Of a stretch of 64,000 bases of DNA, positions 24,801-36,749 are shown one piece after another. Both the position numbers and the translations under genes were made by a program. Under the pieces are notes generated by a model, which saw only the letters and a program-made list of their open reading frames with translations, was not told the DNA's origin and did no database searches. Each line of letters opens with the position of its first letter. Within the stretch, counting starts at the first letter, position 1. This stretch comes from Geosiphon pyriformis uo1 (Eukaryota; Fungi; Glomeromycota), in the NCBI GenBank assembly GCA_016748015.1, contig JAAOMT010000504.1, forward strand, positions 44,781 through 108,780, given 5' to 3'.

Positions 24801-26399
24801 AAAAAATATTTGTGTATAATTTATAAAATATAACACCTTTAAACTTTTTACAAAAATCTTTTGTTTATAAATTATTTTTTGAATGTATATATATATATAT
24901 AGGCTATACTGTATTTTTTTACAATAAAAAAATATATTTTTGATTTTCGTATTAAAGCCATATTTTGAAGAGTTGCAACCAATCTTGGCTATTCTTTTAT
25001 AATTTAAAAAACTTAATGGTTCTGATAATTAAGTTGTTAATTGTCAAAGACAACATTATATTTAGCAATAAATGAAAATGAGTTAACATTATATAAAAAG
25101 CACACTTAATTACAAAAATTATTAGAAAATATACTATAAGAAATGTTTTTAATTGTGATAAAAGATATAAGTTTTATTTAAATAATTTAAATACCGTTTC
25201 TTTAGCGTAAATTTGCACTATAATCATTTACACATGTAATGCTATTAGAAATTAAATGTAAACTATTAATTTTTATAATAGAATTTCCATTGTTTTGAGT
25301 TGAAGATTGAGGTTGAAGTAGAAGTGAAGAATCTTTACAGACAAATTATTACCAGTTTGAGAACCATCCATATCTTGAGGAATATTGTTAACTTCTCTTT
25401 CTTAAATGCTATTAATTGAAACCATTTAAAAGTTTAGAAATTTTTAATCCTTTTGCACGATCTAAAATTTAGGAACCAAATAGCACAAGTTTTTTTTTGC
25501 GAATTCTCTACTTACTATGGAAATTAGAATCAAAAAAATGGGTAAAAAAACCAAGACCATGTTTGTTAAGAAAACAAAAAGTGTGAAAAGTTGTTGGGTA
25601 AGACAAAGTATTTTTTAGATATTATAGTACATTTTCACTAAAAAGAATTGAAATATTTATATATTTTTAAGTACTAATTTCTTTTAGAATTAAGCCATGA
25701 GTTTAAAATATTATAATAATATTTTGTTACTATATTTTATCTGTATTTTTTAAGGCTTTGCTCTTTTTCTAATCACAGATTATTTAGTTTGTGTTGCAAT
25801 TAGATATTTTTATATGAGACTTTATTTTAGTTAAAAGAAAATAAATCGGAAATATACTGAATTTTTGTGTTTAATTTCGAATTAAGGGTTACTTTTTTGA
25901 GGATAAAGCAGAGTTGCAATAAATTTATGTTTTTAACTATTTTTCTTGATCTTGTAAATTTCAATGGGATCAAATTTTTATTTGCCCAGTTAGAAATATA
26001 TGTTCTAAAGCAAGTTAGAATTTAGACTATTTTAGAATATAATGCAAAATTTTACAATAGAAAGTAAAATACAAATTTTACGATTTGCCATCACAAATGA
26101 TTGTAAGATAAAGTACGGAATAAATTGTCATAGAACAAAAAAAATCAACAAATAAAAAGAAAATCAATAATTTAAATTAATACAAATATGATACAAAACT
26201 TACCTTTATTTTATTTACAACCAGACAAAAACATCAAAAAAGTTATGTAAATTTAATAATTACTCTACTTTCAAAACAAAAAACTGGATAGAAATATGCT
26301 ATGACAAAAAATGTTATTATTAATCTTTAATTTCATTACAGCTAATATAAGAGTAAAAATTTAATAATTTAAAACATAGATTGTTATGCTAAAAGTGAA

Positions 26400-27500
26400 A
26401 GCACAGAACATTTGAAGAGTGATTAGAAAGAAAAAATTTTTATTCCAAAATAGGTCTGGATGTTTATTAATTTTTTAGGGATTTTAAATTTATGACAATG
26501 AACAATGATATTTCTCATTATTACTAACAAATATTGTTCATTCATAACAAAATATGGTTATTCAAAACTGATCCTTATAATAAAAATTTGAATTATATGC
26601 TTATGTTTCACAAAGAGCTTCTTGCTTAGAAGAAAATTACAAATTAATCTCCAAACATATATAGTAGGTTCTTAAAGCATCCTATTAAACTTAAATTAAG
26701 GAAAATCTTCTTTAAAATTGAAACAATTTTTGAATATCAGTGAAAATCGAAAAGATTAGACTAGACAAAGAATTTCAAGTTTCCTTTAAAGAAAGATTTT
26801 TAACAATTGAGTTTGCTCAAAATAAAAGATTACAAATTCTATATAATGAAAAGATTAAAGGTTCAATGATTGATGATGAATTTTATTGAGAGTTCTCTAC
26901 TGGGCATTCGGAATCAGAAAAAAGGGTTGATAAGATTCCTAAACATTGAAAATATAAGAGGCTTGTATTTACTAGGCATGGAGTTTGGTGGAAGTAATGG
27001 AATTAATATTAACATTTTACATAATGGAACGTTTGAGTTTTCTGAAAAAACTCATTAGAATTTTTTATAAGATATATGCAATTTTTGCTGAATTATATTT
27101 TCAATCTCGATTTAGATGGATCAAACAATGGAGGCTAGATATTGAAGTTTATACATAAAAGCAACCACAAATTGGAAATTTGATGTTTTCTTACTATGTC
27201 AACACAAAACTCCCAGAAAAAATATTTTGCATGACAAACTACAATAACTTTGTTCCAAAATATCCAAATTTTATTTTGGCAATAAGTTTTTACATCATGT
27301 CCAGACAATAGAGTGCCATGTGATTGTTCAGGTTGTTGAAGTGAACCATGACCAAATGTATATGAATGTTCAGAATCTTTGACAACAGAAAAATATAAGC
27401 TAGAATCACCAGTAGGATTTGAAAATTATTTTTATCTGAGAAGTTGGATTGAATATTGAAAAAAAATTTACTTGAAGAGTTGTAATACAGATGCTTATAG
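26400..27500 (+). pseudogene. Class-3 lipase-family pseudogene; boundaries approximate
   Basis: ELYAYVSQRASCL (~26590); elbow LVFT(R)HGV/GG (26962-26993) followed by an intron; YAIFA; EVYT*KQPQIGNLMFSYYVN...IFCMTNYNNFVP (= VYTFGQPRIGN...RVTN.NDFVP); FLHH; Cys-rich tail. Many stops. Confidence 0.7.
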
Positions 27501-29252
27501 AGATAAAAACACAGCTATCATGTTTTCTTTGAGTCTTTATTTTGGTCATTTCATAACTGTTTATAATATGTAAATATAATAAAAAATTCAAAATCATTTG
27601 TAAACTGATATTTAATCTATAAATTACTATTTCTGAAAAATAATTCAAAACTGAATATTGAATAATTTTGACGCAAAACTTAGTGCCAAGATGGAATAAA
27701 ATATTTGAAACATGAATTTTGCCTGTTTTCTAATACAAAGCTTATTTGAAAAACTTATAAATGCTTTTACTTTAATATTCTTTTATATTTCTATTATTGA
27801 AATAAATTTACAAGCTACTTTAGACAATTTTAAATGAAACCAGCTTTTGCAACCAAAAATGATTAAATAATAAAAGCATAAAGCAATTTTAAACTAATAA
27901 TTGTTTTTTAAATATAATAGAATTTAGTATTTAAATAATAGTAAAAGAGCCTAATGATTGCTTTTAACTATTTATTAAAAAAGCTTATTATAGAAATAAA
28001 AAAGATAAATAAAATATATATATTAAGTTTGTTTTTATTAATTTCTACTAAAAAATTAATAAAATAAATATGTTAAACTAAAATAAACTAATAATTAAAT
28101 TTTTAAATACTAAATACTAAATGATAAATAAAAATTATTGTTTTCAAAACTGTTATAAATATAAAACCTTTAGGGAAAAATTACTATATCACGAGTTTAT
28201 AATATTAATCTCAGAATTATTACACCTCTCAAAATTTTGAATATATTTCTTTTATCAAATTTAGAAAGTACTAAAAATAATTTAAGCATTAAAAAAATCA
28301 CCTTTGCATAAATAAATAAAAATTCATAATTAATTGAAATGAAACTTAATTTTAAAGATTTAGATATTAGATTTTATATAACAATAAAATTTTTATCTAT
28401 TTAATCCTAAAATTATTGCATGTGATCAGTTTTGACAATAATATCTTAAGATATATCAAAGTCACTTGAGCATTGATAACTCCCAAATAGTAAATCAAGA
28501 TTTTCATATATTTACGATAAAAATATATTGAATAACCAGATTAAACATAATTTTTAGCAAGTAAATTAACTCTTTATTTTTTTTCAAAAATGCTAAATTT
28601 TTTTTTATAGTTAGTCAAATTAATAAGACAGAGGATTTTCGGTTTACATAGTAAAAAAGTATATTAAGTATGCTCAATATTGTCTAAATTTTAATATTTA
28701 AATCCAAACTTGTGTAAAAAAAGTTTCAAGGATATTTAATTAGTGGTTTAAAAATGAAGTTATTATTGCTTAGACTTAAGCCAATATTAAGAATTCTTGA
28801 AGTTATTACCAAACTATTATCATTTAAAAATACTTATATTAATTATAATAGTTTATTATACATTAGGTTTCTTAAATATTTTATATCAATCATTACAAAT
28901 TTCTGAATTAAATTTCAATAGGCTTAAACAATAAATAGTAAATAAGAAGAGTTTATCAAAATTGGCAATGGGTGAACAATTTTTCTATAGACAAGATGAA
29001 TAAAGAAAAGATAATTGACAAATGTGGCTACTTTCTTCCACTTTTTATTTTTGTAAAAAATTTTAAACTAAAACTATCTCCTCTTACTTTTCACTCTTGT
29101 AAAAAATTTTAAACTATTCTTCTTCCATTTTTTATTCTTACAAGGCATAAATAACAGACTAACAATTATCAATTTTTACCACCTAATCCTAAAATTTAAT
29201 TCAGATATTTATTGATTGATTGTTTATAAATTTCTATTTCATATTTATTAGT

Positions 29253-29610
29253 TATTCAAATGTTGAATTGCGAATTACTGATGAGCATAGTAATTCAAAT
29301 GTTGAAATGCAAATTATGGGTGGGTGATAATTATTTGAATATTAAGTTGAATTATTGGTAGATAGTAATTATATTTGAATATTGAATTCACACATTTTTG
29401 ATAACCAGTAGTTATTTAAATATTGAGTTGTGAAATATTGTTGGGTGGTTATATTCAAATATTGAATTGCAAATTATTAATAGGTAATGGTTATTGAATA
29501 TTGAATTTGGGCATTTTTGATAAATAATGGTTATTTAAATATTGAGTTGTGAATTATTAATAGGTAGTGGTTATTCGAATTTTAAATTTGCAAATTATTA
29601 GTAGTTAGTA
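29253..29610. repeat. Degenerate minisatellite, about 40-42-bp unit, about 9 copies
   Basis: Recurring attcaaatattgaattgcaaattattaataggtagtggtt variants. Confidence 0.75.
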
Positions 29611-29756
29611 ATTATTTATCAATTGTTGATATCAAATTAGAGTCAAGCTCAATAAGGTATTCTTTTTCTGCCAATTTTGTCAAGTCTGTTTTTTTGGCTG
29701 TAATTTCACTAAATAGTAGATAAAAATAGTTTAACCCATAATGCATATCAATAATC

Positions 29757-30000
29757 ATAAGTGAAAACAGATATTTAGCTAGAAAGTGGTAAGCACAAAT
29801 GTTAAATAACAATTCATATTATTGACCATAAGTGAAAGCAGACATTTGGCAGAGTAAATATATGTACAAAAGTATAACAATTTATGTCATTGACTGTCAG
29901 TGGAAGCAGACATTCAGCAGAATAAGTACATACACAGAAATATAACAATTTATGTCATAAACATAAGTGAAAACAGACATTTGGCAGAATAGATGCATGC
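29757..30000. repeat. Degenerate minisatellite, about 66-71-bp unit, about 3.5 copies
   Basis: Recurring ataagtgaaa.cagacatttggcaga...ataacaatttatgtcattgac. Confidence 0.75.
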
Positions 30001-30304
30001 ATAGTGGTTAGAAAACACCATATTTGGTGTTATAAAAAAGTTAAAAACCCTGTGCTTGGTTGAATTTCTTTGGTTAAAATTGGGATTCTTTCTAGTAAAG
30101 AATGCCCTCCTTCTTTACCCAATACTTAGAGCTAAAAGAGATACATCAACACCTTTATCTGAATTGTTTCATTAACTAAAAACTTTTAATCTTTGATACC
30201 TGCTGTGGTTATTGGTATAACTGGGAACAATAATAAACCTCTTAAATTTTTTTAGTGTTTTTTAAATTCGTGAGTTATGAGTGGTAAGTTGTTAATTGTA
30301 CTGG

Positions 30305-31272
30305 TGTTACCAGAGGTTTTTGGTCTCTTTTCTTGAATGTTGTTAATGTTGATTTGCTGTGAATTCACGTTTTTAGGAAGTAGTTGGACCTCCAGTAACT
30401 GAATTTATTTTCAAATTATCTCCTATAATTTGAACTGCTGGGCTTATAAGTGGAATGGCCAATTCTGTGCCAGTTACTTTGTGTAAATACATTGTAGTAA
30501 ACGTCAACTCTTTTCCAAGAATTGCTCATCTGAAAGCTCACTAAAAATGTGTAGTTATTTTGCTGTGAAAGTCAACTCTTCTACAGAAATCTTGTCTGTA
30601 GGCTACTCTAATAATTGTAATAAGAAAATAAAAGAAAAATAAAAGAAATATAAAAGAAATAGAATTGTCAAGGGAAACGTTTTCTATCCAGGCCTGAAGT
30701 TACTAATAGATTACTAAAATTGATAGCTAATCAATTTCAAAACGTTAGTTTGTGTTGAGGGAATTTCAAGTGTAATAATCAAAGGATTTGGTTTTCAAAT
30801 ATTCAATTTTTATTTGATTTTGTAAAAAGGTGATTTGTTTCAATTAAGATATCTAAAGTAAGATACTATGGTAAGATACTATAAGAAGATACATTTTCTT
30901 GAAGAGAGAAGCTCTTCTTTTATACAACTTGTTGTAGTACTAGTATTTGAACTTGCACTTTTCTTTTTGCTACAATTTGGGTGAACTAAAGATACATTTC
31001 GGCAAACTACAAGTTATTTCACTGAACTATTGATTATTTCGGCCAATTTCTATTAATTTCGGCGAATTTTGACTATGTTAAATGGTTCAGGGTATTGTGT
31101 AATTTGATCATCTTAATTTCTAGAGTACAAATCGGATTATTGATTGAGTAATGACATTTGATAATTTGATTAAATAATAAGTGATAATCGAAATAATAAT
31201 GTATGCTAATTAATAATAGGAATTATGAGGGTAATTTTATGCTAATTAATAACTAAAATTCTACTGGTAACA
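30305..31272 (-). repeat. 3' LTR of element 1
   Basis: TGTTACCAG...CTGGTAACA terminal inverted repeat; homologous to 40367-41334 and 43499-44458. Confidence 0.95.
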
Positions 31273-31279
31273 TAACCTC

Positions 31280-31950
31280 CTTCTCAAGACTGAGCTCTGT
31301 CGAAGTCCAAGCACTATCTGTAATATTAAGATAGTGGTCCAAGATAATTGAAATGATTTGGTCTGAAATTTCAGTTCTGTGAGCTTTCCAATATATTAAA
31401 TCTTCATTGGATGCAGTATTGGATTTTGTAAGACATTTTTGCAAGTGTTGAACAAATTATAGAGTCTGAAAACTGCTCTAAGTTTGTAGTGAGTGTTTGT
31501 TGATCCAGCTACTGTCTTAAATTCATTGTGAATTTGTTTTTGTATAGCCTCAGGAGTGATGTTGGTTGCTTCAAGTTCCAGTTTTCGTTCATAAAGTGTT
31601 TTTTCAATATGAAAATATCTATATATAAGAGTATGTTCATTGTTCTGTTCATTGAAGAATAGTAGAAGTTTTTGTTGCATTGTGGCATTTGGTGGGATGT
31701 CAATAGAGGCAAATAAAAGATTTTCTTTTAGTGCTTGCTTCAAAAGTTCTGGTAATTAATTTCCAGAGTAACTTCTTGTTTTTCTTCTATAAGGGTGATA
31801 ATTCTGAGAATTGTTTACTACTGGAGCTGTGGTTTTTTTCTGAATGTAATTAATTTGACTTCCATTTATCGTTATGGATAAGTCAGGAAGTGTTTTCAAG
31901 GCTAACATTAATTTTTGGGATATTTTTTAGATATTTCGGGAAATAATCAT
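31280..31950 (-). pseudogene. Extra ORF3 between integrase and 3' LTR of element 1 (unknown function)
   Basis: ORF 31396-31743 extends through a frameshift and a stop (...YFHIEKTLYER...LRAVFRLYNLF...LQNPILHPMKI*YIGKLTE); similar to 63462-64000. Confidence 0.6.
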
Positions 31951-32109
31951 GATAAAAATGACTAAAAAAAATAATTTTTGTGTGTGGAGTTTTTATTTGT
32001 TTTTGGGTTTGGGTGTTTCTTGTAATTATTTACTATTTTTGTTTTCTGTTTGTGTATTTTTTTTTTTTTTTTTTTTTAAAAAAAAAGAGATTATTATAAA
32101 AATATTAAA

Positions 32110-33400
32110 TTAAGTATTCAAGTTTGGTTGTTGTTCTATTATAATTATTGGTTCTAAATTTCGGGGAATATCTTCAAAATTAATTAAAGGAGAATGTGTA
32201 CCAATTTGTGGAATTAATGATTCAGAATTGTTTCTGGAATGATAGTGTTTCAATTTATTTCCATGTGCAACTTTTGCTAATACTTTGTCATTAAGTCTTA
32301 ACTTGTATGATCCATTGCCTAGAATTTCGTGAATATAAAATGGTCCATCCCATTTATGTTCAAATTTTTCACTCCATTGTTTTTCAGTCTTAGTTCTGTG
32401 TAAAAGAACTTTATTTCCAATTTTAAATTCGTTGGTAACTGGTGGCAGTTTGTTGTCATGTCTTTCTTTCTGTAGGGCTTGAAAGTATTCAATATGAGAG
32501 GCTGCTATGTGTCTTTTTCCTTCCAATGTAGACTCTTCTTTGAAGTGTTTTTTGAAAGTTTTTTTCATTGATTGGTTGTACTGAGTATGTTTTTACTGTG
32601 AAATTAATTGGTAATATTGCTGTTCTTCCATAAGTAAGATCAAATGGTGTGTGTTTTATAGTATCTTGTTTTAGTGTTCTGTATGCTAATAACATTGATA
32701 GAATAAAGATATTTCATTCTTGCTCAAAATTTGTTGAGACTTTGGCTAATGATTCACACAATGTTCTGTTGAAATGTTCTACAAGTTCATTTGTTTGAGA
32801 GTTATAAGATGATAATAGAGGTCTTTTAACATTGAATTGTTCACAAATTTTTTGTATCAAGTTGTTCACAAAATGTGTTCCTTAATCAGATAGAAGTTCA
32901 ATTAAACATCTATGTTTACAAATAATGTCTTTATAGATGAAATTTGCTACTGATTTTGCATCCACTCTTTGAATGGCTTTAGCTTTAGGCCATTTGGTAA
33001 AATAATCTACTGCAACTGCAATATAACAATTTTCTTGGGTTGTAATAAGTAATGGTTCGACTAAATCAATTCCAACTCTGTCAAAAAGTTGTCCAACTTT
33101 GATTGAATTTAAAGGTTCTGTGGGGCGAGTTTCTTCTCTTTTTTGACAATTATCACAAGATTCTACATATTGTCAAATGTTTTTCTGTATGTGGAGCCAA
33201 AAATAATGTTCAAAAGTTCTTTGAATTGTTTCATTTCTTCCCAAGTGTGCTGAAAATAAATCTGTGTACATGTTGTATATAATTGTTTTTTTTTATTTTT
33301 CTGTACTAATCTGAGTAATTGGTTTGGGTTTCTGCAATTTTTGTAATAAATTTTGTTGTGGTATATGAAATATTGTTTGAATTGGTGTTGTAATCAATGT
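32110..33400 (-). pseudogene. Integrase of element 1 with GPY/F-like tail
   Basis: H-H-C-C region, RVGIDLVEP, AVDYFTKWPKA, TPFDLTYGR, KWDGPFYIHEILGNGSYKL. Confidence 0.9.
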
Positions 33401-33559
33401 TTTTTACTTGGAAACCAATTTTCTGGCATGGTAAGAGTCTCCAAATAGTTTTTAAAGTTGTTGTAATTTCTGAGATTTATTGTTGTTTTGTTATTTTGTT
33501 GGTAATAGTAAGTTATAGTGGATTTATTGATGGTGTTAATCTTGTCTTATTCTTGAGAG

Positions 33560-34850
33560 ACTATCAACATTAGTGTGTAATTTTCCTGGTTTGTGATGTA
33601 CAATATATTTGTAGTCTGCTAAAAAATTATTCTATTAAGACTATTTGGCACTTTGTTCTGTTTTCTTTTTATTAAGCCATTTGAGGCCAATATTGTCAGT
33701 TATAATATCAAATTCTTTTCCATTTCTCAGATACTGCTGAAAATGTTTAAGAGTCCAAATAACTGCGACAATTTCTAATTCAATTGAACCATACTTAAGT
33801 TCTGTTGGTTTAAGTGTTTTACTAGCATAGGCTATAACTTGTTTCTGGCCATTTTCATCCAATTGTGATAGAATGGCACCAAATGCTATGTGTGAAACAT
33901 TAATGGCTAGTTGAAACTGTTTGTTGAAGTCTGGGTAAACAAGAACTGGGGCTGTTGTTAATTTTGTCTTAAGGATTTCAAAAGCTTTTTGTTGTTTCTC
34001 AGTCCATTGGTAGGGCACATTTTTGTTGGTAAGATAATTAAATGGTTTGGCAATTTCTGAGAATTCTTTTATGAATTTTTAATAGTAGGAGACCAATCCT
34101 ACAAATCCTTATAATTTTGTGGTATTTTTGGGTGTTTGAAAGTTTTTAATAGCATTGATTGTTCCAGAATTTTGTTTGACTCCATTTTTGCTAACATTGT
34201 GTCCAAGAAAAATTAAGCTTGTTTTTCCAAAGTGACGTTTCTTAATATTCAACTTTAATTCTGCTTTCCATAATCATTGAAAAACTTCTCATAGGTAAAT
34301 GAGATAAGCTTTAAAGCTTGGTGAGTACACATTAGTATCATTAAGGTAGACAACTACTAATTGCCACAAAAGTCCTTTATATACAACATCCATAAGTTAT
34401 TGAAATGTTGCTGATGCATTGCAGAGTCCAAAAGGCATAACATTGAACTCATAATTTCCTTCTTTGATGGTAAATGCTGTTTTGGGTCGATCTTTTGGGT
34501 TTATTTTGACTTGTCAGTATCCACTTTCCAAGTCTAAAGTTAAAAAAAACTTGGCTTTTTCTAGAGTATTTAGCATGTCATCAATTTTTGGAAGAGAATA
34601 GACATCTTTAACTGTCACACTGTTAAGCTGACAATAATCTACACAAAATTTGATTTTTCCGTTTTTCTTTTTAATAAAAATTACTGGTGAGACTCAAGGA
34701 TTTTTTGATGGTTGAATTAATCTGTTATTGAGCATTCTTTGGACTTTTTTTCTGATAAATTGGTGGCTAGCAAGTGAAACTTAATAGGCTTGTTGTCATT
34801 TTGGTGAAGCATCTTCTGTATAGATTTGGTATTGAACAATATCAGTTTTT
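33560..34850 (-). pseudogene. Reverse transcriptase and RNase H of element 1
   Basis: [30 protein letters not shown] (YLDD decayed), WTEKQQKAF...APVLVYPDF, VIAYASK. Confidence 0.9.
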
Positions 34851-35399
34851 CTAAGGTTATTATTGTCTTTTGCAAATATATCTGCAAATTCAGCTATTAG
34901 CTGTTTTAATTGTCTTTGTTGTTAAGGTTTTAAGGAACCCATGTTGATTTGAGAGAGTTTTTCTTCCAAAATGTGGTGGTTTTCAGTAGTAGGGATGATA
35001 TTTGGATTTTAAAGTAGTGTATATCTTACAATTTCGATGAAATTAGAAACAATTTGAAGGTTTTCATCTTGAAATATGTTACTGTGTATGATTCCAATCT
35101 CTAATTTGTTCAATAAGACAATAGGATAATTATTGGGGTTGTAGAATGTAATTCGAAATTTTTTCATTCCTTTGAGAATATAAACATTTGGAATTGAGAT
35201 TTTATGCTTTGAACAGATTTGTTCATTGGATTCAAAGATTTGTTGGGTAATGGTGGGTTTTGAGCAAGTGTAAATTTCGTAATGTTCTTCAAAAAGAAAA
35301 ATGGTAATTGGTTGGAGAAGTTGAAGAATCTGGTAAGATTCATTCTGTGCATTGAAAGCTATGTTTACTGGAACTGTAAATTGTTCAGTTGAACTAAAA

Positions 35400-35800
35400 T
35401 CTTGCATTTCTCATTCACTTTTTTCCAATTGTTCTCTGTTGTTAACTGATTGCAAACTCGAAATGTTAATTAAAAGTAGATAGATTGCTTGGGCAATTTT
35501 TTTAGCATGTTCTATCTTGAATAGTTTCTCAGTTTCATTTTGTAGCATAATAGTGATGTCTTCTGTGTATTCTATATCTATAACTCCTTTTCTAATGTTG
35601 ATTCCTTTGCTTGCCAATGATAATCTGGATGCAATTTGAACCATTGCTCCAGGTGGAATTTTAAGAGCAATTTTGAGATTGATTTTTGTTAAGAACTTTG
35701 GTGGGAAAACCAAAGTATTTTTTCCTGGATATCTTAGATTATATCTAGCATCAATCTTGTGTGCTTTTTCTGGTCTGATTTCTTGGCCATGGTTATCGAA
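35400..35800 (-). pseudogene. dUTPase domain of element 1
   Basis: PEKAHKIDARYNL (motif 1), QIASRLSLA (motif 2), GVIDIEYTEDI (motif 3), KIAQAI (motif 4), decayed relative to the trimeric dUTPase consensus. Confidence 0.85.
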
Positions 35801-36749
35801 ATATTTAAGTTGTAAGGGTGGTTGATTTTCAAAAAGATAGATGAAAGTAGTTGGTAGTTTTTTTACCAGTTCAGATACTTCAAATTCGATTTCATTTTTA
35901 TCATTTTTATCTGGCAAAGGAATGTTAAGAGCATAGCATTCTAAAAACTATTGGTTATCACAAGACATAACATATTCTTCACATAATTGAATGTTTATTT
36001 GCTTTAATTGTTGAATTTAAGCTTCTTTAGTAAGGTATGTATGACTTGCAATTTGGTGGTAGGTTTCTACTTTATCTTCATAATCAAATCCAGCTAATTC
36101 TATGGTATACTCAATGTATTCAGCTTCTTTTATTTGGTGAACATTTTTTTGAGTGGCTTTATTAATTAATGCCATTGCTAAGTCAAAAATCATTTTAACA
36201 TTATGAGAATAGTGGTACAGTTTGTTGAGAGCACTGTTGTATGCTGCATTGAATAGGGTTCTTTTTTTCTTTTTTTCCGAAATTGATAGAGCATATTGAC
36301 AGGTTTGATCACATACTTCTCCTCTTATTGCAACATCAATCCAGTTGCATTTTTCTGATAGCATATTTTTATATGTAAGACAAGGTGTGTTGTCCTATTT
36401 TTCACTTTTTTTTGGAGATCCAAATCGTTTTCTATAACATGTTTTGCAGAAGTAGCAGGTGTGAGTTTCATATTCTTCTTTTGGGCAGATACAGACTCCC
36501 ATAAATGAAAGTTTCTTTTTGCAATCTTTGCATTTTAGTGGAATGTATAATGGTTTTTTTTGTGGTTCTGGTATGAAATACCGAACCTTCTTCTATTCTT
36601 TTGTTTCTTCAAAAATTTTTTGTTCTGTTTCCTTAGCCCAATTGGATGTTGATCCAAAAGCCATGTAAGTTTCAGTGAATGGCATTTCTTTCTCCTCTTC
36701 AAATTCAAATACTAGGGCTTTTTTTAATTATTTGTTGAAAGTATTATAA

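Noticed and set aside
29253-30000. CRISPR-like appearance of the short repeat arrays
   Set aside because: Whole units are homologous, with no unique spacers and no cas genes, in a eukaryotic context.
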